Below, piece after piece: positions 14,927-28,200 of a stretch of DNA of 64,000 nt. A program made the translations under genes and the position numbers. Position 1 is the first letter of the stretch. Every line of letters begins with the position of its first letter. The notes beneath the pieces are model-generated. The model worked only from the letters and a program-made list of their open reading frames with translations. It had not been told where the DNA came from and ran no database searches. This DNA is from Glycera tridactyla (lineage: Eukaryota), in assembly GCA_965644265.1 (NCBI GenBank), contig OZ286477.1, forward strand, positions 29,450,001 through 29,514,000, read 5' to 3'.

Positions 14927-16043
14927 CCTTCGTGTTGTAATCTTAACTATGAAGAGCATGGACCTATCATATAGTCCACCGTCTGGTGAAGATATAAGTT
15001 CACTGCATACAGGCTAGCTGTCCCTACACTTGTTTTGTTCTCATCCATCCCATCCCATCAGGTTTGCCTAATCTGAATGATGGAATCACACAGAATGACG
15101 TCAAGATTTCTGGGTAGCAAAAGTTATTGTCATGTCTCGTTATCCAATGTTTGGTTGGTCCGGGTTTAGTATCAAATCTTTGCCATATGAGTTATATTCA
15201 TGGAAGGAATTATTCAAGACTCTTGCTTCTGGGTGACTGATGGAGTGTAAGATTATGAGATTCATGGATCTTGTTATCAGATCTGCTGGATCATTTATTG
15301 ATGGTCTATACCCTCACACTATCATGCGTCATACATGATCATATTTGGTTACAATTCAGTAAGGCGAATAATTCATCACCAACAGAAGCACGCCTGGTAA
15401 ATGTTGCCTGTTGGATTTCTGCATATCATCCCCAATTCTGGCTGACTGATGAGGCCATTATCATAATTGACACCTTTGGTTGGGAATGAGAAACCAGTCA
15501 TTTGGCATTGAAGCCTCAACAAGATGGCTGAGTAGGAATAGAAATGAGTGACAGCAGCTATGGTGATAATAATAGGAAGCTTAGACGCATTACTGCAATA
15601 AGCACTGGTCTCAATTTGATGTATTATAGGGATAATCATGACAGCAATCATAAAGATTTGCATAATCTCCAATTATTAGGATTTTGATGAGGCATTGTGT
15701 TCATTCCATTGATTGCACTTGGTATAATAGTCTGATATACCTTATATTGGTTTATAGGTTTTGTGTTGTGTGTGAATGAATTATCACCCACTCGCCTTTG
15801 ATTACCTTTCTGGTCATGAACTATCTTGGAATCTGCCTGCCTTGGATATCCGAACTGTCATGATGGTGTTCGTCAAAATGTAAGTCTTAACTGCGAATTT
15901 TCTGCGTTGATTGCAGAGGTTATACCTGTGAATATGAAATCGCTCCTATCAAGCCTGTTGCCAGTTCATGCATCTGAATTCAGGAGAAGTGTGACGTTCA
16001 CCCTGTGAGTTTTATCCATATTTCTAGTGTGATGATCTGATCT
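14215..16043 (-). pseudogene. L: Viral L-like pseudogene, copy 3, C-terminal (methyltransferase) part
   Basis: Homologous to 5250-6660, with HPEARVLNNSF at ~15205-15240. Interrupted by (TA)n at 14875-14922. Confidence 0.6.
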
Positions 16044-16470
16044 ACCACATACCAGATACGATACGATGTGTAATCACTGAAGTGAACGTTAGGTCCCTTA
16101 ATTTTCCAGCTCTCCTCAATAGTCACAATATTTTTCAACGATGCATAAAAAAACAACAATCAAAATGAAAATAGAGCGAATACAATGAATAAATCTCAAG
16201 AATCAATGAATCTCATAGTCCCAGGGAATAAATTACACTACACTGACCAAAGTCTCCATTGTTGAGGGGCCTGTTATTTGAATCCTTCGAAAATATATGA
16301 CCATGAGTCAATTGTATACTGCTATTGGACATGATAGATGAGTCACTCCATGGATCGACCATGTAGTTTCATAATACTTCTTCACCCACTGATTCACTTA
16401 TTGATGTTTTTCATATCCATTTTGCTCGTACATACTTATATGTAACTGTGTCAAGAATATTTCACTGCAG

Positions 16471-19360
16471 GTGGGTATACTTGAGACTCTACTTCTTCGA
16501 AGCAGTCTCAACATCCTTTGTATCAACGAAACCTTTCTCAACAATTCTATCCATGATAACGAGTTGTTCATCCCTGGATATGATTATCATTTTTTTGACC
16601 GTACTATCTCTTCAGGCAAATGTGGCGAAGGTGGTCTTCTAGTATATTTTCAACAATAATATAACATCTCCATTCTTGATGAACTATTTCATTGCTCCCC
16701 TGATGCTGAAATACTCCACATTTGTCTTAAACTCACAAATGCCAGACCTACTTGCATTTTCTGTGTTTATAGACCCCCCAGTGGTTCCATTCCAAAATTT
16801 TTAGAAATTTCAGATAACATCTTGGATAATCAATCTTTCAAGACTCAGGCCAACGTTCTCTTTCTCGGTGACATCAACATAGACTGCATTGACTCCAACA
16901 ATGGTCCACCCAAGATTTACTTGGAATTTATGAAACGACATGATCTCTCCAAAACAGGGGTTTAGCCAGGATCAGAAAACTATGAGCCGAAATATTTGTA
17001 ATTCACCATTTCTACCGAAAAATGTCATTATCCAAATTCAACCAAATCATTAAATCAATAGCCAATGTGTAATTTACCACAATATCGCATGAATTATTTC
17101 ATTAGTACCTGTTTTAAAGGGCTTGCAGCAGGTATGTTGTGGAATTCATCATGAATTTTGTAAATTTTTGCCTAAAACCTTGGCTCATGAATTTAGAAAT
17201 TCATCCTCCCAGTCAGATTTTCATGAGCCGAAACCAAAAAGTTCTAGCCCAAATGGCTCAAGGGCTCATGGCTGGCTAAAAGCCTGCTCCAAAATTATTC
17301 TATCACCCACCAGGATCACTCCTGATACATCCAGTCTCATTGACCACATTCTATCGAATAGACCTGAATACTATACTTCATGGGGTATCCTTGACCCCTG
17401 CTTAAGTGATCACCATCTAATTTATACCACCCGACATAGACGTAGATTGCCCAAAATTGCCTCCTATCAACAGATTTGCTCTTATCGGAAATTTAAGATT
17501 GACCAATTTGAGTCTTCCCTCAGAACTGAACTAAAAAACACTAACATCTCCACTTTGGATCCTGAAATTGCCGCCACCCAATTTCAAATTTCTATCATCA
17601 AGGCACTCAACTCTCATGCTCCCCTCAAGACTATGCCTGTACGTGACAGAGGACAACCCTGGGTCAATCATGACTACATCGGTATCATTGATTGAGAGGA
17701 ATTCCGCAGTAAAAAATATTCTAAAAATCCTTCCATCCTCAATCTTCAAGTCAAACATGAAGCTCGCCGCCTAAGACCATGCCTCAAGTGCTCTCTAAAG
17801 AAATCATATATCTCAGATACCCTATCCAAACACAAGGATGATCCAAAAAAACTTTGGAAGCAAATCAAAAACCTTTGGCCCCTTACCCAAAAATCCCCCC
17901 CCCCCCCCTATCATCCACACCGAACAAAATAACGATCCTACCTCCTCGCTTTTACCCTTTGCAAATGAAGACAATTCATTATTTGCCAATATTGGATGTT
18001 GTCTCAGTACTTACTTCTATATTCAACTTAGCGATCCACAAATGCACTTTCCCTGCTGCTTGGAAAAGTGCCATTGTCACACTCATACATAAAAGTGGTC
18101 CAACATCTGACTTTGGCAATTTTCGTCACATCTCCATTCGGCCAGTCCTTGGTCAAGTGTTCGAACACCTGATTCACTTACAAACCTATGATTTCATCTC
18201 TTCACATGACATACTGTATCCCGGGCAATTCGGATTCAGGAGGGGACACTCCACTGGGACATGCCTCACTGGGCTCCTCGATAAAATTTATCGAGGTGCT
18301 GAGGCGGGCTGTCTCACTGTGGTTCTCTTTCTGGACTTGAAGAAGGTCTTCGATACAGTATGTCATAGTCTACTCCCAAAAAAACTTGAAGCATATGGCT
18401 TTCATAAAAACACCATCGTATGGTTAAAGTCCTATCTCAGTGACAGAAAGTAAGCTTAAAAAATTAAAAGTCAAATGTCCTCCTTCACTCAGATCAACTT
18501 TGGCGTTCCCCAAGGCTCGATTCTAGGACCTCTTTTATTTATTTTATATACCAATGACATGTATCTTAATATTAAATCTTGTGATGTTTTCCTATATGCT
18601 GATGACACCGCTTTGTGCTACACAGGCCGTGACACTCATGATATTGAACTGAAACTAAATGATGATCTCACCACTATTGCTGACTGGTTGGATAAATCAA
18701 AGCTTACCCTCAATACTGCTAAATCATGCTCCATGCTGTTTGGTACTCACCGACGTCTTCACTCATCCTCCCCTATCAATCTCTCATATGGTCATTCTCA
18801 TATTTCTAATGTTAAATCTCACAAATATCTAGGAATCATCCCAGACCCTACACCTAACTTTTCTGAACATATCAACAAAATCATCAACAAAGTTAATCTC
18901 AGACGTTGTGCTTTATTCTTTTTGCACTCCTCCATGGATTAAAAATGGCAATCTATCTTTTCAATTCCCTTATTGAGCCAGTCATCACTTGCTGTGACTA
19001 CATTTATGATGGATGCAATATAGGAGATGGCTCTAGACTTCAAGTATCACACAACAGATGTTTGAGCACCATCAGATGGAGTGGTTGGAACTATTCCGCT
19101 ACACAACTTCGACAAGAACTCCAAATGGAGAAAATTTCCACGCTAATATCTATTTCCACCTCAGTTCAAGTCTACAAGGCCTTGCATGACCTTCTCCCTC
19201 CCGACTCTAGCGATATGTTCACTCTCAGAAATTTGCCTCTTACTATTCAGACCAGATCCTCTAGTAATGGCCACCTTCTTTTGGAAACTCCCTTCAATCG
19301 ACTCTTTTTTTCTGGTCGTAATATTAGACTCAGAGGCGCTCATTTATGGAATTCCCTCCC
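16471..19360 (+). mobile_element. Degraded LINE ORF2 (APE endonuclease + reverse transcriptase), CR1/L2-group-like, 3' end truncated
   Basis: EN motifs LCINETFL, CVYRPP, LGDINID, PTR..SLIDHI, SDH. RT motifs QFGFR, FLDLKKVFD, GVPQGSILGP, YADDT, KYLG. C-terminal GAHLWNSLP. Several stops and frameshifts. Confidence 0.93.
16955..17286. mobile_element. 332-bp MITE, hAT-like (8-bp TSD), inserted in the LINE endonuclease
   Basis: TIRs caggggtttagccag / ctggctaaaagcctg (2 mismatches); TSD ctccaaaa at 16947-16954 and 17287-17294. Removing it restores RHDLSKIILSPTR. Confidence 0.88.
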
Positions 19361-20195
19361 CATTTCTTCCAGAATGTTCTCAATCTGAGGATGATATTTT
19401 GAGAAAAAAATTTCTCATGCAGCATGAAGGAGCTTCATCAAAGATGAAGATATCTCATTAAATTTAGCTGCATATGCGATAATCAACGTCGGTAAAAATC
19501 GGATGGTACATTGTTTTCTTGTCCCGGCAACATCTATCAGGTTATATTCAGACAGCTGTCAAGTCAGTATTTCTCATACTGGCCTACAAATGGTGAATGG
19601 AAAGGTATAAAATTCACAGTCACTTGCAGATAGGGAGAAAAATATTTTCACATGGTTCAAACTAGCAGTCGGATGTTAAGATTTTATGATTGATTCTTCC
19701 CTATTATCAGAGCGGAACGTACAAAACTCGAACTGCCTCTTCGAAAGTGGTGGATTAGTTGAATGGGGTGGCGGGTATCAAACTTCATAGTTGGCTAGAA
19801 TTAGTAGAAAGATGGATATATGTTCTGGAAATTGATACCGACATATATTTCGCAAAACAGGAATTACCATGACTTGCCGATTCCTGTGGATTGAGCGAGG
19901 CTGTTTTGTGAACGAGTTCACAACATATCCTCAACAACAGCTGTGATATTTTGAAACACCCAAGTGAAGGATGTGTGAGCAATCATCCCATACACCCTCC
20001 TCCCGTACGTATGTGTGCATACATCATGCCTATCGTGAGTGTTAATAATTGCATGTGATTTGATTTATGAGCCAGCAAAGATAATTGATCGCCTACTGCG
20101 AAGACGAATTATACCTCACAAATCCAAGACTAGTGAGGTGTCACATTCAGGAGACCCTCAACCTGATTAATTGTCCTCTTCGAAGTTGTGAAGTC
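19357..20195 (-). pseudogene. L: Viral L-like pseudogene, copy 3, N-terminal part
   Basis: Homologous to 470-1570. Minus reading near the start HNFEEDN...SPECDTSL, weakly like L N-termini. Abuts the LINE 3' end directly. Confidence 0.5.
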
Positions 20196-20213
20196 ATATT
20201 TGAGAGAGAGAGG

Positions 20214-20254
<41 letters not shown>

Positions 20255-20599
20255 AGGTAGATGGGGGAGAGACAGACAGATGTATAAACAGATAGGGAGA
20301 CAGACTAACAGACAGACAGAGAAAAAGGTTAGAGACTGGGGGAGAGAGGTCAATAGTTGGCCTTCGGATAGATGGATGGATGGGTGACCGGATGGATTGC
20401 TCGATGGATGAATGAATGGATAGATAGATGGATTGATGGATGGAGTGATAGTAAATAGACACAGACACACTAGTAGAATCAGGCAGACAACCAGGCGGAC
20501 ATATAATCATACAGATAGACAGAGAGACAGGCAGACAAACTGACAGACACAGAGACACAAACACAGATGTTGAAGAAGAGTGGTGGAATGGTGGGGTAT

Positions 20600-23500
20600 C
20601 ACTCGCTCGAATCTACATAGAAATGTCTCTTTTGTGAGATGTGCAGATCCTACCGATCCATATCATGGTGCAGATCCAAGTTCGAAGATCAGGGAGCCTT
20701 GCTTTAAATTCCCACTTGGTAAGCAGAATGACAGCACTTGACAGGCTCCTAACACTAGTCCAATATCACAATAGCAGATATCTGCCTAAGTGGGATGTCG
20801 TTATGGAATGGACATATTTACTATCTTTAATGATGCTTACTAATTGGATACAGTCAAACCTGTGTGGATGTATGTCTCACCCAATGGTCACTCACCTATG
20901 AAAATCATCCTGAGCAGTAACTAGGATAATATCTTCTAAACTACGAAACTGCTACAGAAGCCGATTTTGATGTGCCTAAGAATGATCTTTGGATACAGTT
21001 TCAACTGTAGTTCCATTGAATATAAGTCTGAACAGTTCGAGGCATATTGCACCTGAGATACAGAGAAATTAAAAACAATGATTGGGGAGGTTATGGCCGA
21101 GGACAAATGATGTATTCGACGAATTGTCTGTCAAAGTTTATTGGCTGCAGATAACTGGGAAATACAAATATTCGAACAATGAGAACCACACCCTGTTTGA
21201 AATTATAGAAACTTTCAGAAGGAAGAATTGTGGCTCAAATGTACAGATTGAAAAGCGAGATCAAGGTAGATAATTCCCCATGATAATTTTAGCCATTAAC
21301 CCAACACAATAAATTAACCCAATCTTCAATCGTGGAAAGAGAGGCTTCTGAATATTGTGTCTCGTAGCATTAAAGCATCCCACAAATAGCGTCATGTAAA
21401 AGAATCTGGTTTTAACAGACCAAACATCTTTTTTTTTCTGATTGGATGTCTGGATCGGCATAACTCTGAGTATTTCATGGAAGAAAGACAGTCCAAAATC
21501 ATAACCTCGCATTTCTCATGAGATTTTCCGTAACATCTCATTGTGGAGAGATGTGAATAGATATATCATACAATGAATACAAGAAGTGAACTAGATATCG
21601 ATACAGCCTCTTCGAGGCCAAAGTCTGAAAGAATGGGCAGTGAATGGTGTGACTGTAGGTAGGAGCTATTCTATATTCGGTTTTGCAAAACGTTGAATTA
21701 CCATGTTATTCGTATGTCCATCATGTACACGACTTGACATATCTTCTATCATTGAAATTGATTGCGAGCATATGTCTATACTATCACTCATCCATCTATA
21801 GTGTGCAGAATAATCCTTATTATGAATGGCTGGATGTGGAAATAATTTGCAGGAAAGGTGTGCTGTAATCGACATGGCTGAAACTAAGATTCAAACATAC
21901 TCGAAGCTGATCGAACAGTTCAGCGTATCCAACAGAGAAAAAAACCATCAGAGTTGTCTTCAGATTTAATCTTGTCTACTTGACCTCTGAACTGTCAAAT
22001 CATAACCACAGTTCTTCCCCACAAAATATAAACTGTTAAAACTAGAATGAATCAGAACAAAATGTTCAGATGGACATCGGGAAATGATCTGTACTCCATG
22101 TAAAAATGTGTTTTTCTATCAATTTGATCATTTGCTGTTGGTCACGTTAGAAGTCAAAACTGAGACAAATTAATTCATAAGATTCATGAATATCTCTACA
22201 ATTTACTGACAGCAGTAGTCGTGAACTTGTTTGCACTGAAGTATATCACTTGTTCCTCCGAAATATATGACCCTTTTGGTGTGACCAGATCAATGAAGCC
22301 AGCATTATCTTTTAGCTGAGAGGCCTGCCTGCCTTGGTGGCTCAGTGGTAGCATGCTGGGCCGGCGTGCAATTGGTCTGGGGTTCAATACCCGGTCCTAC
22401 CATGCAGGAATGTTTCACCCTTCATCATCGCTCCTCCTCGGCAGGTGGTCTGATTTAGCCTACTCAAGTGCAGAAAGTGGACCTAAAACCTTAACATTTC
22501 ATTTCAATTTTTTTTTTCAGCTGAATCAAACAGTAGACCAGAAATCTCTAAGCATTCCTTGCGAACAACGACCATCACATCCGGTCATCATGTTGCTCCA
22601 CAACTTAATACAAGCTATTGGCTGTTCCCCTATCAGCTGATGAATATACTGTGTTTATTGACTGATCAGATTTTTCTCACCTACCTGTCCTTGTATGTTT
22701 GTTTTTCCATGTCATGTTATATTGAATTGAATTGCTTATTTGTTTCGTTTCACTAAGACTCGAATTGTGGAGGTAGGGGTGATTTTTCTAGGAACTCCCG
22801 TCGGAGAGTATAAATATATATTTCAAACTTTGAACTTGAAACCTACGATGTGTGTCACATATTTTCTCGAAGTGATGAAGATAATGAAATATGGCAACTG
22901 ACCTCAACCTTGGTAGAGGTAAGGCAGATTTCACCCACCTTTCAGAATATAAGCTTGCCGAGAAATCGCTGGGAGCTCAGACATATCTCTTCCTCAAATC
23001 AATTAAGATGAGATCATGCATGGCAAAATGAGTAAAGAATCTTCTTTTCATGATTTAATGATTGATCATAATCACAATGCTGATAAATATATGCATTTTC
23101 TCCTCCACATTACATATTACAAAAAATCAATGCAAGCTCGGTCAAAATTTTCATATAGTATTGACCTTGGGGAGTAGTGATGACTGTGTCTTTCATGTAA
23201 CACTCAGGGTGAGGTATATATCTCCGATTGTAGGTGGGTGTGAATATTTGTGTTGGCCAACGAGGTAACATTGAAGGTGGTCTAGATTGCATGACCATCT
23301 ATATGCAATTGGGTAATAAAATGAATGATAGTGGCCACAAGCCTGCTGTGTATACACATAAAAGCTCTCGAGAATATCACATCATAATCGGGGGCACCTG
23401 TAAACCAACGAATGATACATATCCATTCGAACACGATCCTGAAGGAACCAGGTCAATGTCTAATGCACAATCTTATTCACTTGGAAGCAATATTAATATA

Positions 23501-24590
23501 TTGAACATGGGGTGTCTTTGCAAATATCTTTTTGCAAATATGCTCTTTTTTGCTTCACATTGCACATGTGCAGCTAATGCACGTACCATAATCAACCATT
23601 CGAAACTGTACATGCTTTTAGAGGCGAAACAGGGACGACCTTGCCTGAGAACAATGTTATTGCCTCTGGGTCCATCAACCTATAATGCGAAAGATTTATA
23701 ACATATCTTGAAGTTATTTAGTGACTCTTTCGGATGATTGATTCCATTTCAGCCAAGCCCAGTGTGTGTATGTTGCGAAGAGCGAAGTTTGTGCCTTGTT
23801 ATGGTCACTTGTTACAGTGACAACAAGACCCTGAGAATCTTTCAGTGTCAACTAAATTCGAGTAAGATAAGAATACAGGGGCTTGTTTCTACACTCAGAA
23901 CTTCATATCTGAGAAGTTCTATCACAAAGGAGAAAGCAAGTGATGTGGTATACGAAAATGCATTCCAGGGCCATTCCTGGTGGATGATTGGATTATGCCG
24001 ATTACCTGGTGATAATCCATTTTGCATATGAATATTACATGAGAATACCTCTCAGGTTAATCCTCTTGATATTTCTGGATGAGTGAATTTGTGAGAAGCC
24101 AGCTTCTGGATTTGGCACCAGGAAAAAGTTATTTGAATGAGTAAAATTCTTTCATCCTCAGATTATGGAGGTGAAGTGCCGATCTGTGCAGTTCTTCAGT
24201 CCTGTGTGGTAGCGATCAAACAACCTATTTCATTTTGATCTCCAAACAGTCCTGGATCCTTTCCTCAATGATGTAAAAAGCTGTTTTGCAGAGAACGGTA
24301 TTGTATGTACCTTACCAACTCACTATCCTGTGTTTGGATACACTTCGAAATTATCACCATTACTATCATCATCATCAGGATGTTTGAGAGAGTAAGAATC
24401 GTAGACACAGCAACAGTATTGATTATATGAGTCTTGACAAAGTTAGGTCTCAACTTCGAGTGACAGCCCTAATTTGAACGAGTTATTGTTAAGGAAAATC
24501 AAGGCGATGATGGAGGTGCTGATGAGGGTGGCAATGCTGATGATGATAGAAGATGAGATATTTTATGTGCGAAGGCCACCCGTGAATAAT
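20600..24590 (-). pseudogene. Non-L degraded coding region, copy 3 (longest): X1 ~24590-22560, X2 ~22100-20600
   Basis: X1: N-terminal hydrophobic ISSSIIISIATLISTSIIALIFLN; Cys-rich fragments (KACTVSNG, DICKDTPCS, SGSCSNG, QACGHY..WSCNLDHLQC); hydrophobic+basic MHIFISIVIMINH.IMKRR near 23060. X2: hydrophobic FILVLTVYILWG near 22030. Confidence 0.4.
22322..22517 (+). mobile_element. tRNA-derived SINE (same family as 10627-10811)
   Basis: ggtggctcagtggtagc (A-box), ggggttcaataccc (B-box), shared body and T-rich tail. Confidence 0.8.
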
Positions 24591-25212
24591 TAGGCTGTGA
24601 CCATGTAGTGTCATGATACTTATTCACGTATTGATGTTACTTGTTGATGTTTATTCATACCCATAGTTGCTTATACATACTTATATGTAACTCAGTCAAA
24701 AGATTTCATTGCATGTGAGTGTAAGGTACCATCCATTAATCAATGCTGATCGATTGAACATGCACCAGTCCTCTCTCAGGACGATACTTCCCACCGTTAG
24801 ATAAGTAGATCCGTACTATCCCACCATTGGTGTCATAAGTAGAGCTACTCTGTGGAGTGACCACGTAGGTATACTGTATCAACTCTTTGATGTCTAGATG
24901 TTGGCATTCTCTTTTTAGAAATCACTCAGAAATACTTGGAAGTAGATCTATCGAAGATGGATGTAATACCATCCAGATAAAATCGAGCCAACTGTTCCTG
25001 TGAAAGTTTCAGTAAAATGTGGTGCACCTTTCTACTACCTCACACTTTGTCTGTCTTTCTGTCTATCTGTTTGTCAATCTGTCAATCTGCCTGCCTGTCT
25101 GTCTGTCTATCTGTCTATCTGTGACAGAAGAAGCCTTGGTTGACAAATGTAACCCCGCTGTGTCTGTGATATTAACTCAGACAATGAGATCACCTGCATA
25201 GATCAGCATGCA

Positions 25213-28200
25213 TTTGGGCAGTTTCTGATGATAAAACAAGGAACATCTATGGTGGCCTCATTCTCTCCATCTCCAATTTCCAAAACAATTGATACACACG
25301 CTCATGGGGTACATTATACTCGTGCTGCGTGACTTGATGCAATTAAGATAATGAGGTGAAAGTAGACATCGATTCGAACTGGCGTGATCCAATCATAGAG
25401 TGGAGCCCTTATCATGGCTGTATACACAATCCAGTGTGATAGGGAGATATGGCGAACTGATATGAAGTCGTCCAGTCAAGTCAAGGGACACACTAGCCTT
25501 TCCCAGTCAAGTGCGATGTCATGCATCGTGTTTGTGATAAGCGTACAACATGAAGGTTCCATCGTAATGGACTTTACTCAAATTGATGAGCAAACATTGA
25601 AAAAAAACACTGTAGATCATGGAACTCGATGCAGTATCAAACACAAAAGCAACATCTGCTGTCAGTGAATATGTTGGCTCCCTCACAAGTAATGTGACCA
25701 CAATCGAAATAAATGACTGTCATGGTCAAGATACATCTTACTAGCCCTACTGCAATGTAACTATATCCTAGTTACAAGTAGCAAGTGATTTTTTCAAATT
25801 ATGTGCAAGATGATATTTCATTTTAACCTTCAAGCCCACAGCTCAAAGTCTCTCAAATCACATAGAAGGGTGAGAATTGTTGTATCGATGAATCATCAAG
25901 AATGATCCTGAAAGCATGATTTTTTTTTAAATTACATTGCCACCATCTCGGATAGTATATTCATGAATTACAGCAAAGACTATATGATGGATGAGTTGGA
26001 TTATGGGTTTGTAGTTATCTTCGGGTAGTGTATATCAAATGACATATGTTGTGCGATTGCCAAGGACATGGATTAGGATCGAATGGCAAATGTCGGAAAG
26101 AACCAGCTTCCATCATCTTGATTTGAACTCGGTGAGAGACACATGTGCCATGTGTAATGTCACATAACAGTAAACAATTTGGGTTCACTACGAGTAGATG
26201 AGACGTGTCTTATAAGTTCATAATAGCTCATCTGATCATCATATATTATACATATGTACACATTGGGATAGTTGCTACTCTGTGGTGGGGCTATATTCAA
26301 TTTGCGGACAGCATGATGTCAACGGTTGCTAAGCTACATAACCTTCTTCAATTCTCGTGATCGTCTTTTGTCACCACGTAAGGCTGGATCCAACACTGAT
26401 ATTGACATGCTATCACACACAACAAGCATTGATGGTGTCTCGCAATACCATATATCTAGCATATATTGACCTTTTATAACAACCATAAACTCGCTAGCTA
26501 TGCCATGCACCAAGCATTTATATTGATTTGCTATACCACGCATCTAGCATTGGGAGTAACATAATGAACTGCATTGATATTGTCTAGCTATGCAATGCAT
26601 TTAGAATTGATATCAAATTGCTATGCCATGCATCTAACATCAACATTGACTTGTTATCACATGCTCTCACAAGAGGGAGATGATTGCAGGCTGTACGCTA
26701 GCACGTGACCTCAGTAGCTCCTTCTTGATGAGTTCAATATCATGTCACACATCAGATAAATGAGTTCGTGTATCCAGTCACAGGATCTTAAATTGCCATA
26801 TTGGAAATGAACATGCAAGACCTATTGATAACAGTTTCGGCAATATTGCCTCACCTCCCCTGGAATCCTCGTTGTATCCTGCACCTACATCTGAATCTAC
26901 ATCTGCATTTACCATACTGTAAGTCACTATTCTGGTCATGGGAGTATCTGTTTCTCCATATACTTGCATCTTATACCTAGCTTGGTCCCCATATCTTATT
27001 TCACAATTTGAATTTGCCATATCGTCTCAGACACATTCATTTTTTGATCAACAAGCATTCGATAGTTGTGACTACACATATGTGGATCTGTAAGTCAACG
27101 AGCTTGGGATTACATGGAAAACACCATTATTCATTCATAGATTCATTTAACGACACATACTGGGTCAGTTTTCGTGTGCTAAAAATTGTTCATATTAGTG
27201 CAGTCCTATGGGTTCAGATGTGTGTATGTGTCGATTGTGTTTGGGTGTATCCAATTTGCGGAATGGATGATTTCAGGTTCATCATGATCTTGGCCGATAA
27301 TTGAAATTCAAGTTCTTCAAGCCTGAGTTCCATTCATTGTTTGAAAGACATACATTAGATAGTTGCAGGTACATACAGCTGTATCTGTGAATAAGCTTAT
27401 ATGCATACTCCAGGCTACAATCATGAGGATTCGGGAAGCAGAACAAACTTACGATTTTTTCTCTGGTGCGCGCATATGAGTCTATGATGGATGTGTGAGC
27501 TGTGTTGGAATGTTTCATTTTGCAGGATGCATAATTGAGTTTGACCCATTCCTCCTATCCATGCCAATTGCATTGGCGTCTCAAAGAGCCCAGGTGGTCC
27601 TTGTACAGCATTGTACAACCAACTAGACATCATGTATTGTTTGTCTACCTCCACTTTGCTCTTGATGAAGAGAGGTGTTTTCTGAATAATCCCACATACG
27701 ATTAGAGGGTGCGTTTCAATGTGGTCGCGTTGATGCTCAGGAGACGTTGAACGACCAGGTTAAACAAATCTATCATTCAATCCCATCGCATATAGTTGGT
27801 ATGGATCAAAACTATGATTGATAGATAAGAACAAAAACGATGTATAACAATTAGACGCAATTGTTCTTCTTTTCTGGCTCAATGTGCATTTGTCTCTGTA
27901 CTCAATAATGCACGAAGATCTCGGAGATGAGAAATTGGCGGGAGTGACATATCACTGGTAGGAGCCCTTTCATAATACATGTGTATACGGCGTTAGTGTA
28001 ATTTATGTCTAATTAAGACAAGCTCTGCTCTGGATTAGGCCTTGTTTCATGGTGAGTTCTGATGCTTTTTCTTTTCACGAATCACAATCTCATGAACATG
28101 CTTGCGGAGAGAGAGACTGACAAGAAATAGGGACAGTCTGGTGGGGAAAGGGAATGTAGATTATTGTAATAGGAGGGAAAGATGAAGCAAACCAAGATAG

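Noticed and set aside
22330-22400. tRNA gene
   Set aside because: It has A and B boxes but I could not form a full cloverleaf. It is followed by a body shared with 10627-10811, so it is a SINE head.
27385-27400. LIHR as the catalytic HR motif of L
   Set aside because: Position and context (CSLEYAYKLIHR) fit the upstream CSxxLAxxLR motif better. I could not identify GxxT or HR.
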